From assembly GCF_009914755.1 (NCBI RefSeq), contig NC_060940.1: DNA of 64,000 nt. One strand, written 5' to 3'. The translations under genes and the position numbers were made by a program. The notes beneath the pieces are model-generated. The model was not told the DNA's origin. It searched no databases and saw only the letters and a program-made list of their open reading frames with translations. Of the stretch, positions 12,001-27,220 are shown piece by piece. This DNA comes from the human T2T-CHM13v2.0 reference genome, Homo sapiens. How positions within the stretch are numbered: the stretch's first letter is position 1; the number at the start of each line of letters is the position of its first letter.

Positions 12001-15000
12001 TACATTCGATTCCATTTGATGATTCCATCTGATTCTATTCGAGGATTCCATTTGATTCCATTCGATGATGATTCCATTCGAGTCCATTCGATGATTTCAT
12101 TCGAGTACATCCAATGATTCCTTTCGAGTCCATTGGATGATTCCATTTGATTCCATTTGATTATGATTCTACTAGTGTCCATTCAATGACTCCATTCGAG
12201 TCCATTCAACAATTCCATTCGACTCCATTCGATGATTGCATTCGATTCCATTTGATGATTCCATTCGAGTCCATTTAATCATTACAGTCGAGTCCATTTG
12301 GTGATTCCACTGGATTTCTTTTGATAATGATACCATTCAATTACATTTGATGATGATCCCATTCAATTTCATTTGATGATGATTCCCTTAGAGTCCATTC
12401 GATGATTTCATTCGAGGCCTTTCATTGATTCCATCCGATTTCATTTGATGATGACTACATTCGAGTCCATTCGATGATTCCACTCGATTCCATTAGATGT
12501 TTCCATTGGAGTCCATTTGATTGTTCCATTCGATTCCATTCGATTCCTTTCGAAGATTATTCCATTTGAGTCCATTGGATGATGATTCCATTCCATTCCA
12601 TTCGATGATTCCGTTTGATTCCATTCGATGATTCCCTTCGATTCCTTTCTTTGATGATTCCATTCCATTCCATTCAATGTTTCCATTCGAATCTATTCCA
12701 TGATGATTCCTTTCGATTCCATTCGCTGATGTTTCCGTTCAATTCCATTCGATGATGATTCCATTCGATTCCATTCATTGAGGATTCCATTTGATTCCAT
12801 TCAATGATGATTCCATTCTATTCCATTCAAAGATTGCATTCAATTCCATTCAATGATCATCCCCTTAGTGTAAACTCAACGATTCCATTCAATACCATTC
12901 GATGATGATTCCTGTTGAGTCCATTCAATGATTTCATTCAAGTCCATTTGATGATTCCTTTCAATTCCATTCTATGATGATTCCATTCGAGTCCATTCGA
13001 TGATTCCATTCGATTGCATTCGAGGATTCCATTATATTCCATTCAACAATGATTCCATTCGAGTTCATTCGATGATTCCATTAGAGTACATTTAATGATT
13101 GCTTTGTTTTCAATTCGAAGATGATTACATTGGATTCCATTCTATGATACCATTCGATTCCATTCAATGATGATTCCACTCAAATCCATTGGATGATTCC
13201 ATTCGTGTCCATTCGGTGATTTCATTAGATTCCATTCGAGGATGATTCCTTTCGATTCCATTCGATGATTCCATTCAATTCCATTCGATGATGATTCCAT
13301 TCGAGTCCATATGATCATTCCATTTCATTTCATTCGATGATGATTCCATTCGATTCCATTCGATGATTCCATTCTATTCCATTCGATGATGATTCCATTC
13401 GAGTCCATTCGATGATTCCATTCGAGTCCATTTAATGATTCCATTGGGTTCAATTCAATGATGATTACATTGGATTCCGTTCTAATGATTCCATTCAATT
13501 CCGTTCATTGACAATTTGATTCCATTCGATGATGATTCCATTTGAGTTCATTCGATGATTCTATTCGATTCTCTTCGATGGTGATTCAATTCTATTATAT
13601 TGGATGATTCCATTCGATTCCATTTGATGTTGATTCAATTCGAATCTATTCGATGATGATTCCATTGGATTTCACTTGATGATTCTATTCGATTCCATTC
13701 AATGATGATTCACTTCTCGTCCATTGGATGATTCCATTTCATTCCATTCGATGATGATTCCATTCGATTCCATTCGATGATTCCATTTGATTCCATTCGA
13801 CGGTGAGCAATTCGATTCAATTCCATGATGATTCTATTTGATTCAATTAGATGATGTTTCCATTCGAATCCATTCCATGATTATTCCATTGGAATCCATT
13901 CGGCGATGATTCCATATGAGTCAATTCAATGATGATTCCATATGGGTCCGTTCGATGATAATTCCATTTGATTTCATTCGATGCTTCTATTCAATTCCAG
14001 TCGATGATGATTCCGTTGGAGTCCATACGATGATTCCATTTGATTTCATTTGATGATGATTCCATTCGATGACGATTACATTGGATTCCATTCTATGATT
14101 CCATTCAATTCCATTCGTTGATGATTCGATTCCATTCAATGATGATTCCATTTGAGTTCATTCGATGATTCTATTCGATTCCATTCTATGGTGATTCAAT
14201 TCTCTTATATTGGATGATTCGACTCGATTCCATTTGATGATTATTCCATTGGAGTCCACTTAGTGAATCCTTTAGATTCTACTCGAAGATGATTCCATTC
14301 GAGTCCATTCGATGATACCATTCAATTCCATTCGTTGATGCTTCCATTCAAGTGCATTCGATGATATCATTCGATTCCATTTGATTCCATGCGATGATTC
14401 TATTCGATTCCATTCAATGATAATTCCATTCAATTCAGTGATTCCTCTAGACTCCATTTGATGATGATTCCATTCAATGATTCCATTCGATTCTATTCGA
14501 AAATGATTCCATTTGAATCCATTTGATGACGATTCCATTCCATTCCATTTGATGATTCCATTCCATTCTATTCGATGATGATTCCATTTGATTCCATTCG
14601 ATGATGATTGGATTCGATTCCATTTGATGATTTCATTTGATTCCATTCGTTAATGATTTCGATCAATTCCATTCGATGATTACATTCGATTCCATTCGAT
14701 AATGATTACATCCGAGTCCATTCGATGATTCCATTTTGGCCTGTTCGATAATTCCATTTGAGTCCAACCAATGATTCCATTCATTTCCATTCAATGATTC
14801 CATTCGAGTCCATTTGATCATTCCGGTAGGGTCCATTCGATGTTGATTCCATTAGAGTGCATTCGATGATTCCATTCGAGTCCATTTTAGGATTTGATTC
14901 GAGTCCTTGCGATGATTCCCTTCGATTCCACTCGATGATGATTTCATTCGAGTCCATTCGACACTTCCAATCGATTCCATTTGATGATTCCATTCGAGTC

Positions 15001-15135
15001 CAATTGATGATTCCATTCAATTCCATTCGATGATGATTCCGTACGATTCCATTCTGTGATGATTCCATGTGATTGCATTCAATGATGATTCCTTTCGATT
15101 GCATTCGATTATGATTCATTTCGTGTTCATTCTAT
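9088..15135 (+). repeat. Complete HOR unit, 6048 bp
   Basis: Distance between successive GGTTCCACAGG landmarks. All internal landmarks occur in order: GATGGCATT, GATTCTGTTCAAAT, CGCTTGC, ACAGTGAGCC, TGTGTCCCTTAG, CTACTAG, GTAAACTC, CACTTCTCGTCC, CACTTAGTG, CCGGTAGGG. Confidence 0.92.
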
Positions 15136-18100
15136 GGTTCCACAGGTTTCCATTCGTGTCCATTCCATTATTCCTTTCTATTCCATTTGATGATGATTCC
15201 ATTCGATTCCATTCATTGGTGATTCCACTCAATTCCTTTCAATGATTCCATTCCATTTCTTTCAACAATGATTCCATTAGTTTCTAATCGATGATCCACT
15301 TGATTCCATTTGATGACGATTCCATTCTTGTCCATTCGATGATTCCATTTGATTCCATATGACGATGATTCCATTCGATTCCATACGATGATGATTCCAA
15401 TCGAGTCCATTCATTGGTGATTCCATTCAATTCCATTCGATGATTCCTTTTGATTCCATTCGATGATGATGGCATTCGATTCCTTTCAATCATTCCCTTT
15501 GATTCCATTCAAAGGTGATTTCATTCAAGTCCATTCGATAATTGCATTCGATTCCATTCTATGATGATTCCATTCGAGTCCATTTGATGATTCCATTCAA
15601 TTCAAGTCAATGATGATTCCATTGGATTCCATTCGATGATTCCATTGGATTCCATTCGATGATGATTCCATTCAAATCCATTCGATAATTCAATTCAAGT
15701 CCATTCGATGATGATTCCAATCGAATCCATTCAAAGATTCCATTCAGTTCCATTCGATGATTCCCTTAGATTCCATTCGATGATTCCACTTGATTCCATT
15801 TACGATGATTCCATTCGATTCCATGTGATGATTCCATTCAATTCTATGCAATGATGTCTCCATTTGATTCCATTCGCCCATGATTGCCTTTGATTCCATT
15901 CAATGATTCCATTCGGTTCCGTTTGATGATGATTCCGTTCGATTCCATTTGATGATTCCATTTGATTCCATTGGATGTGTCCATTCGAGTGCATTAGATG
16001 ATTCCATTCGAGTCCATTCGATGATTCCATTCGATTCCATTCGATGTTGATTCTGTTCAAATCCATTCCATGATTCCACTCGATTCCATTCGATGACTCC
16101 ATTTGATCCCATTCGATGATTTCCTTTGATTCCCTTTGATGATCATTCCATTTGATTCAATTCGGTGATTTCATTTGATTCCATTCAGTGATGTTTCCAT
16201 TCGACTCCATTCGATGATGATTCCATTCGACTCCATTCGATTATGATTTCATTCAATTCCATTCGATAATGATTCCCTTCGTGTCCATTCGATGATTCCA
16301 TTCGATTCCATTCAATGATGATTTGATTCGTGTCCATTCGATGATTCCATTTGATTCCACTTGATGATGATTCCATTCGAGTCCATTTGATGATTCCCTT
16401 CAATTCCATACTCCGATGATTTCTTTTGAGCCCACTCAATGCTTCCACTCGATTCCATATGATGATGACTCCATTCGATGAAATTCGATGATGATTCCAT
16501 TCGCTTGCTTTCGATGATGATTCCACTTGAGTCCGTTAGAAGATTCTATTCAATTACATTCCATGACGATTCCGTTCGAGTCCATTTGATGATTCCATTA
16601 GACTCCATTCAACGATGATTCCATTCGATGTTATTCGATGATTCCTTTCGATCTCATTCGATGATGATTCCATTCAACTCCATTCGATGTTTCCATTCGA
16701 GTTCATTCTATTATTCCATTAGATTCCATTCGATGATGATTCCATTCGATTCCATTTGATGATTGCATTCTATTTCATTTGATGATGATTCCATTCGAGT
16801 CCACTCGATGATTCCATTCGAGTCCATTTAATGAATCCATTGGTTTCAATTCTATGATGATTACATTGGATTCCATTCGTTGATGATTTCATTCGGTTCC
16901 ATTCAATGATGATTCCATTCAATTCCTTTCAATGTTTCCATTCAATTCCATACGATGATGATTCCATTTGATTTGATTCGACAGTGAGCCATTCGATTCA
17001 ATTCCATGATGATTCTATTTGATTCAATTGGTTGACATTTCCATTCGATTCCATTCGAGGATGATTCCCTTTGATTCCATTCAAAGATGATTCCATTCTA
17101 GCCCATTCAATCATTCCATTCGATTCTATTCAATGATGATTCCATTCATGTCGATTTGGTGATTCCATTTGACTTCATTTGATGATGATTCCTTTCAAGT
17201 TCATTAGATGATTCCATTCGATTCCATTTGATGATGATCCCATTCGAGTCCATTCAGTGATTCCATTCGTTTCCATTCCATGATGATTCCATTCCATTCC
17301 ATTCAATGATTCCATTCGATTCCGTTTGATGATGATTTCATTCGAGTCCATTTGATGATTCCATTTGATTCCATTCGATGATGATTCCATTCGAGTCCAT
17401 TCGATGATTCTATTCGAATCCATTTGATGATTTCTTTTGATTATAGTTGGTGATGATTCCATTGGAGTCCATTCAATGATTCCATTCTATTCCAATCGAT
17501 GGTGATTCCATTAGAGTCCATTTAATGATTCCATTTGATTCCAGTCTCTGATGATTACATTCGAGTCCATACGATGATTCCACTCAATTCCATATGATGA
17601 TGATTCCATTCGATTCCATTCGATGATTCCATTCTATTCTATTCAATGGTGATTCCATTCGAGTACATTAGATGATTCCATTCGATTCCATTCAATGATG
17701 ATTCTATTTGTGTCCCTTAGATGATTCCACATGATTCCATTAGATGATGATACTATTTGAGCCCATCCAATGATTCCCTTCGATTCCATTCGATGAGGAT
17801 TCCATTCGATTCAATTCATTGGTGATTCTATTCAATTCAATTCTTTGATTCCATTCTATTCCATTCGACAATGATTCCATTCGATTTCTTTCGATGATTC
17901 CACTCGATTCCACTTGACATTGATTCCATTCGATTCCATTCAATGATTCCATTTGATTCCAGTGGATGATGATTGCCATCGATTCCATTCGATCACTCCA
18001 TTCTATTCCATTTGATGATGATTACATTCGATTCCATTTGATGATTCCATCTGATTCTATTCGAGGATTCCATTTGATTCCATTCGATGATGATTCCATT

Positions 18101-21100
18101 CGAGTCCATTCGATGATTTCATTCGAGTACATCCAATGATTCCATTCGAGTCCATTTGATGATTCCATTTGATTCCATTTGATTATGATTCTACTAGAGT
18201 CCATTCAATGACTCCATTCGAGTCCATTCAACAATTCCATTCGACTCCATTCGATGATTCCATTCGATTCCATTTGATGATTCCATTCGAGTCCATTTAA
18301 TCATTACAGTCGAGTCCATTTGGTGATTCCACTGGAATTCTTTTGATAATGATATCATTCAATTACATTTGATGATGATCCCATTCAATTTCATTTGATG
18401 ATGATTCCATTAGAGTCCATTCGATGATTTCATTCGAGTCCCTTCATTGATTCCATCCGATTTCATTGGATGATGACTCCATTCGAGTCCATTCGATGAT
18501 TCCACTCGATTCCATTAGATGATTCCATTGGAGTCCATTTGATTGTTCCATTCGATTCCATTCGATTCCTTTCGAAGATTATTCCATTTGAGTCCGTTCA
18601 ATGATGATTCCATTCCATTCCATTCGATGATTCCGTTTGATTCCATTCGATGATTCCCTTCGATTCCTTTCTTTGACGATTCCATTCCATTCCATTCAAT
18701 GATTCCATTCGAATCTATTCCATGATGATTCCTTTCGATTCCATTCGCTGATGTTTCCGTTCAATTCCATTCGATGATGATTCCATTCGATTCCATTCAT
18801 TGAGGATTCCATTTGATTCCATTCAATGATGATTCCATTCTATTCCATTCAAAGATTGCATTCAATTCCATTCAATGATCATCCCCTTAGTGTAAACTCA
18901 ACGATTCCATTCAATACCATTCGATGATGATTCCTGTTGAGTCCATTCAATGATTTCATTCAAGTCCATTTGATGATTCCTTTCAATTCCATTCTATGAT
19001 GATTCCATTCGAGTCCATTCGATGATTCCATTCGATTGCATTCGAGGATTCCATTATATTCCATTCAACAATGATTCCATTCGAGTTCATTCGATGATTC
19101 CATTAGAGTACATTTAATGATTGCTTTGTTTTCAATTCGAAGATGATTACATTGGATTCCATTCTATGATACCATTCGATTCCATTCAATGATGATTCCA
19201 CTCAAATCCATTGGATGATTCCATTCGTGTCCATTCGGTGATTTCATTAGATTCCATTCGAGGATGATTCCTTTCGATTCCATTCGATGATTCCATTCAA
19301 TTCCATTCGATGATGATTCCATTCGAGTCCATATGATCATTCCATTTCATTTCATTCGATGATGATTCCATTCGATTCCATTCGATGATTCCATTCTATT
19401 CCATTCGATGATGGTTCCATTCGAGTCCATTCGATGATTCCATTCGAGTCCATTTAATGATTCCATTGGGTTCAATTCAATGATGATTACATTGGATTCC
19501 GTTCTAATGATTCCATTCAATTCCGTTCATTGACAATTTGATTCCATTCGATGATGATTCCATTTGAGTTCATTCGATGATTCTATTCGATTCTCTTCGA
19601 TGGTGATTCAATTCTATTATATTGGATGATTCCATTCGATTCCATTTGATGTTGATTCAATTCGAATCTATTCGATGATGATTCCATTGGATTTCACTTG
19701 ATGATTCTATTCGATTCCATTCAATGATGATTCACTTCTCGTCCATTGGATGATTCCATTTCATTCCATTCGATGATGATTCCATTCGATTCCATTCGAT
19801 GATTCCATTTGATTCCATTCGACGGTGAGCAATTCGATTCAATTCCATGATGATTCTATTTGATTCAATTAGATGATGTTTCCATTCGAATCCATTCCAT
19901 GATTATTCCATTGGAATCCATTCGGCGATGATTCCATATGAGTCAATTCAATGATGATTCCATATGGGTCCGTTCGATGATAATTCCATTTGATTTCATT
20001 CGATGCTTCTATTCAATTCCAGTCGATGATGATTCCGTTGGAGTCCATACGATGATTCCATTTGATTTCATTTGATGATGATTCCATTCGATGACGATTA
20101 CATTGGATTCCATTCTATGATTCCATTCAATTCCATTCGTTGATGATTCGATTCCATTCAATGATGATTCCATTTGAGTTCATTCGATGATTCTATTCGA
20201 TTCCATTCTATGGTGATTCAATTCTCTTATATTGGATGATTCGACTCGATTCCATTTGATGATTATTCCATTGGAGTCCACTTAGTGAATCCTTTAGATT
20301 CTACTCGAAGATGATTCCATTCGAGTCCATTCGATGATACCATTCAATTCCATTCGTTGATGCTTCCATTCAAGTGCATTCGATGATATCATTCGATTCC
20401 ATTTGATTCCATGCGATGATTCTATTCGATTCCATTCAATGATAATTCCATTCAATTCAGTGATTCCTCTAGACTCCATTTGATGATGATTCCATTCAAT
20501 GATTCCATTCGATTCTATTCGAAAATGATTCCATTTGAATCCATTTGATGATGATTCCATTCCATTCCATTTGATGATTCCATTCTATTCTATTCGATGA
20601 TGATTCCATTTGATTCCATTCGATGATGATTGGATTTGATTACATTTGATGATTTCATTTGATTCCATTCGTTAATGATTTCGATCAATTCCATTCGATG
20701 ATTACATTCGATTCCATTCGATAATGATTACATCCGAGTCCATTCGATGATTCCATTTTGGCCTGTTCGATAATTCCATTTGAGTCCAACCAATGATTCC
20801 ATTCATTTCCATTCAATGATTCCATTCGAGTCCATTTGATCATTCCGGTAGGGTCCATTCGATGTTGATTCCATTAGAGTGCATTCGATGATTCCATTCG
20901 AGTCCATTTTAGGATTTGATTCGAGTCCTTGCGATGATTCCATTCGATTCCACTCGATGATGATTTCATTCGAGTCCATTCGACACTTCCAATCGATTCC
21001 ATTTGATGATTCCATTCGAGTCCAATTGATGATTCCATTCAATTCCATTCGATGATGATTCCGTACGATTCCATTCTGTGATGATTCCATGTGATTGCAT

Positions 21101-21157
21101 TCAATGATGATTCCTTTCGATTGCATTCGATTATGATTCATTTCGTGTTCATTCTAT
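15136..21157 (+). repeat. Complete HOR unit, 6022 bp (lacks one 26-bp monomer at ~15975)
   Basis: Landmark spacing is 6022. It reads TTGGATGTGTCCATTCGAGTGC here versus TTGGATGAGTCCATTCGATTACATTCGATGATTATTCCATTCGAGTGC in other units. Confidence 0.92.
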
Positions 21158-24100
21158 GGTTCCACAGGTTTCCATTCGTGTCCATTCCATTATTCCTTTC
21201 TATTCCATTTGATGATGATTCCATTCGATTCCATTCATTGGTGATTCCACTCAATTCCTTTCAATGATTCCATTCCATTTCTTTCAACAATGATTCCATT
21301 AGTTTCTAATCGATGATCCACTTGATTCCATTTGACGACGATTCCATTCTTGTCCATTCGATGATTCCATTTGATTCCATATGATGATGATTCCATTCGA
21401 TTCCATACGATGATGATTCCAATCGAGTCCATTCATTGGTGATTCCATTCAATTCCATTCGATGATTCCTTTTGATTCCATTCGATGATGATGGCATTCG
21501 ATTCCTTTCAATCATTCCCTTTGATTCCATTCAAAGGTGATTTCATTCAAGTCCATTCGATAATTGCATTCGATTCCATTCTATGATGATTCCATTCGAG
21601 TCCATTTGATGATTCCATTCAATTCAAGTCAATGATGATTCCATTCGATTCCATTCGATGATTCCATTGGATTCCATTCGATGATGATTCCATTCAAATC
21701 CATTCGATAATTCAATTCAAGTCCATTCGATGATGATTCCAATCGAATCCATTCAAAGATTCCATTCAGTTCCATTCGATGATTCCCTTAGATTCCATTC
21801 GATGATTCCACTTGATTCCATTTACGATGATTCCATTCGATTCCATGTGATGATTCCATTCAATTCTATGCAATGATGTCTCCATTTGATTCCATTCGAC
21901 CATGATTGCCTTTGATTCCATTCAATGATTCCATTCGGTTCCGTTTGATGATGATTCCGTTCGATTCCATTTGATGATTCCATTTGATTCCATTGGATGA
22001 GTCCATTCGATTACATTCGATGATTATTCCATTCGAGTGCATTAGATGATTCCATTCGAGTCCATTCAGTGATTCGATTCGATTCCATTCGATGTTGATT
22101 CTGTTCAAATCCATTCGATGATTCCACTCGATTCCATTCGATGACTCCATTAGATCCCATTCGATGATTTCCTTTGATTCCCTTTGATGATCATTCCATT
22201 TGATTCAATTCGGTGATTTCATTTGATTCCATTCAGTGATGTTTCCATTCGACTCCATTCGATGATGATTCCATTCGACTCCATTCGATTATGATTTCAT
22301 TCAATTCCATTCGATAATGATTCCCTTCGAGTCCATTCGATGATTCCATTCGATTCCATTCAACGATGATTTGATTCGTGTCCATTCGATGATTCCATTT
22401 GATTCCACTTGATGATGATTCCATTCGAGTCCATTAGATGATTCCATTCAATTCCATACTCCGATGATTTCTTTTGAGCCCACTCAATGCTTCCACTCGA
22501 TTCCATATGATGATGACTCCATTCAATGAAATTCGATGATGATTCCATTCGCTTGCTTTCCATGATGATTCCACTTGAGTCCGTTAGAAGATTCTATTCA
22601 ATTACATTCCAGGACGATTCCGTTCGAGTCCATTTGATGATTCCATTAGACTCCATTCGACGATGATTCCATTCGATGTTATTCGATGATTCCATTCGAT
22701 CTCATTCGATGATGATTCCATTCAACTCCATTCGATGTTTCCATTCGAGTTCATTCTATTATTCCATTAGATTCCATTCGATGATGATTCCATTCGATTC
22801 CATTTGATGATTGCATTCTATTTCATTTGATGATGATTCCATTCGAGTCCACTCGATGATTCCATTCGAGTCCATTTAATGAATCCATTGGTTTCAATTC
22901 TATGATGATTACATTGGATTCCATTCGTTGATGATTTCATTCGGTTCCATTCAATGATGATTCCATTCAATTCCTTTCAATGTTTCCATTCAATTCCATA
23001 CGATGATGATTCCGTTTGATTTGATTCGACAGTGAGCCATTCGATTCAATTCCATGATGATTCTATTTGATTCAATTGGTTGACATTTCCATTCGATTCC
23101 ATTCGATGATGATTCCCTTTGATTCCATTCAAAGATGATTCCATTCTAGCCCATTCAATCATTCCATTCGATTCTATTCAATGATGATTCCATTCATGTC
23201 GATTTGGTGATTCCATTTGACTTCATTTGATGATGATTCCTTTCAAGTTCATTAGATGATTCCATTTGATTCCATTTGATGATGATCCCATTCGAGTCCA
23301 TTCAGTGATTCCATTCGTTTCCATTCCATGATGATTCCATTCCATTCCATTCAATGATTCCATTCGATTCCGTTTGATGATGATTTCATTCGAGTCCATT
23401 TGATGATTCCATTTGATTCCATTCGATGATGATTCCATTCGAGTCCATTCGATGATTCTATTCGAATCCATTTGATGATTTCTTTTGATTATAGTTGGTG
23501 ATGATTCCATTGGAGTCCATTCAATGATTCCATTCGATTCCAATCGATGGTGATTCCATTAGAGTCCATTTAATGATTCCATTTGATTCCAGTCTCTGAT
23601 GATTACATTCGAGTCCATACGATGATTCCACTCAATTCCATATGATGATGATTCCATTCGATTCCATTCGATGATTCCATTCTATTCTATTCAATGGTGA
23701 TTCCATTCGAGTACATTAGATGATTCCATTCGATTCCATTCAATGATGATTCTATTTGTGTCCCTTAGATGATTCCACATGATTCCATTAGATGATGATA
23801 CTATTTGAGCCCATCCAATGATTCCCTTCGATTCCATTCGATGAGGATTCCATTCGATTCAATTCATTGGTGATTCTATTCAATTCAATTCTTTGATTCC
23901 ATTCCATTCCATTCGACAATGATTCCATTCGATTTCTTTCGATGATTCCACTCGATTCCACTTGACATTGATTCCATTCGATTCCATTCAATGATTCCAT
24001 TTGATTCCAGTGGATGATGATTGCCATCGATTCCATTCGATCACTCCATTCTATTCCATTTGATGATGATTACATTCGATTCCATTACATGATTCCATCT

Positions 24101-27100
24101 GATTCTATTCGAGGATTCCATTTGATTCCATTCGATGATGATTCCATTCGAGTCCATTCGATGATTTCATTCGAGTACATCCAATGATTCCATTCGAGTC
24201 CATTTGATGATTCCATTTGATTCCATTTGATTATGATTCTACTAGGGTCCATTCAATGTCTCCATTCGAGTCCATTCAACAATTCCATTCGACTCCATTC
24301 GATGATTCCATTCGATTCCATTTGATGATTCCATTCGAGTCCATTTAATCATTACAGTCGAGTCCATTTGGTGATTCCGCTGGATTTCCTTTGATAATGA
24401 TACCATTCAATTACATTTGATGATGATCCCATTCAATTTCATTTGATGATGATTCCATTAGAGTCCATTCGATGATTTTATTTGAGTCCCTTCATTGATT
24501 CCATCCGATTTCATTGGATGATGACTCCATTCGAGTCCATTCGATGATTCCACTCGATTCCATTAGATGATTCCATTGGAGTCCATTTGATTGTTCCATT
24601 CGATTCCATTCGATTCCTTTCGAAGATTATTCCATTTGAGTCCATTCGATGATGATTCCATTCCATTCCATTCGATGATTCCGTTTGATTCCATTCAATG
24701 ATTCCCTTCGATTCCTTTCTTTGATGATTCCATTCCATTCCATTCAATGATTCCATTCGAATCTATTCCATGATGATTCCTTTCGATTCCATTCGCTGAT
24801 GTTTCCGTTCAATTCCATTCGATGATGATTCCATTCGATTCCATTCATTGAGGATTCCATTTGATTCCATTCAATGATGATTCCATTCTATTCCATTCAA
24901 AGATTGCATTCAATTCCATTCAATGGTTATCCCATTAGAGTAAACTCAACGATTCCATTCAATACCATTCGATGATGATTCGTTTTGTGTCCATTCAATG
25001 ATTTCATTCAAGTCCATTTGATGATTCCTTTCAATTCCATTCTATGATGATTCCATTCGAGTCCATTCGATGATTCCATTCGATTGCATTCGATGATTCC
25101 ATTATATTCCATTCAACGATGATTCCATTCGAGTCCATTCGATGATTCCATTAGAGTACATTTAAAGATTGCTTTGTTTTCAATTCGAAGATGATTACAT
25201 TCGATTCCATTCTATGATACCATTCGATTCCATTCAATGATGATTCCACTCAAATCCATTGGATGATTCCATTCGTGTCCATTCGGTGATTTCATTAGAT
25301 TCCATTCGAGGATGATTCCATTCGATTCCATTCGATGATTCCATTCAATTCCATTCGATGATGATTCCATTCCAGTCCATATGATCATTCCATTTGATTT
25401 CATTCGATGATGATTCCATTCGATTCCATTCGACGATTACATTCTATTCCATTCGATGATGATTCCATTCGAGTCCATTCGATGATTCCATTCGAGTCCA
25501 TTTAATGATTCCATTGATTTCAATTCAATGATGATTATATTGGATTCCGTTCTATGATTCCATTCAATTCCGTTCATTGACAATTTGATTCCATTCGATG
25601 ATGATTCCATTTGAGTTCATTCGATGATTCTATTCGATTCTCTTCGATGGTGATTCAATTCTATTATATTGGATGATTCCATTCGATTCCATTTGATGTT
25701 GATTCAATTCGATTCTATTCGATGATGATTCCATTGGATTTCACTTGATGATTCTATTCGATTCCATTCAATGATGATTCACTTCTCGTCCATTGGATGA
25801 TTCCATTTCATTCCATTCTATGATGATTCCATTCAATTCCATTCGATGATTCCATTTGATTCCATGCGACGGTGAGCAATTCGATTCAATTCCATGATGA
25901 TTCTATTTGATTCAATTAGATGATGTTTCCATTCGAATCCATTCCATGATTATTCCATTGGAATCCATTCGGCGATGATTCCATATGAGTCAATTCAATG
26001 ATGATTCCATATGGGTCCGTTCGATGATAATTCCATTTGATTTCATTCGATGCTTCTATTCAATTCCAGTCGATGATGATTCCGTTGGAGTCCATACGAT
26101 GATTCCATTTGATTTCATTTGATGATGATTCCATTCGATGACGATTACATTGGATTCCATTCTATGATTCCATTCAATTTCATTCGTTGATGATTCGATT
26201 CCATTCAATGATGATTCCATTTGAGTTCATTCGATGATTCTATTCGATTCCATTCTATGGTTATTCAATTCTCTTATATTGGATGATTCGACTCGATTCC
26301 ATTTGATGATTATTCCATTGGAGTCCACTTAGTGAATCCTTTAGATTCTACTCGAAGATGATTCCATTCGAGTCCATTTGATGATACCATTCAATTCCAT
26401 TCTTTGATGCTTCCATTCAAGTACATTCGATGATATCATTCGATTCCATTTGATGATAATTCCATTTGATTCCATGCGATGATTCTATTCGATTCCATTC
26501 AATGATAATTCCATTCAATTCAGTGATTCCTCTGGACTCCATTTGATGATGATTCCATTCAATGATTCCATTCGATTCTATTCGAAAATGATTCCATTTG
26601 AATCCATTTGATGACGATTCCATTCCATTCCATTTGATGATTCCATTCTATTCTATTCGATGATGATTCCATTCGATTCCATTCGATGATGATTGGATTC
26701 GATTCCATTTGATTATTTCATTTGATTCCCTTCGTTAATGATTTCGATCAATTCCATTCGATGATTCCATTCGATTCCATTCGATAATGATTACATCCGA
26801 GTCCATTCGATGATTCCATTTGAGCCTGTTCTATAATTCCATTTGAGTCCAACCAATGATTCCATTCATTTCCATTCAATGATTCCATTCGAGTCCATTT
26901 GATCATTCCGGTAGGGTCCATTCGATGTTGATTCCATTGGAGTGCATTCGAGGATTCCATTCGAGTCCATTTTAGGATTTGATTTGAGTCCTTTCGATGA
27001 TTCCATTCGATTCCACTCGATGATGATTTCATTCGAGTCCATTCGACACTTCCAATCGATTCCATTTGATGATTCCATTCGAGTCCAATTGATGATTCCA

Positions 27101-27220
27101 TTCAATTCCATTCGATGATGATTCCGTACGATTCCATTCTGTTATGATACCATGTGATTGCATTCAATGATGATTCCTTTCGATTGCATTCGATTATGAT
27201 TCATTTCGTGTTCATTCTAT
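21158..27220 (+). repeat. Complete HOR unit, 6063 bp
   Basis: Landmark spacing is 6063, with the full landmark order present. Confidence 0.92.
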
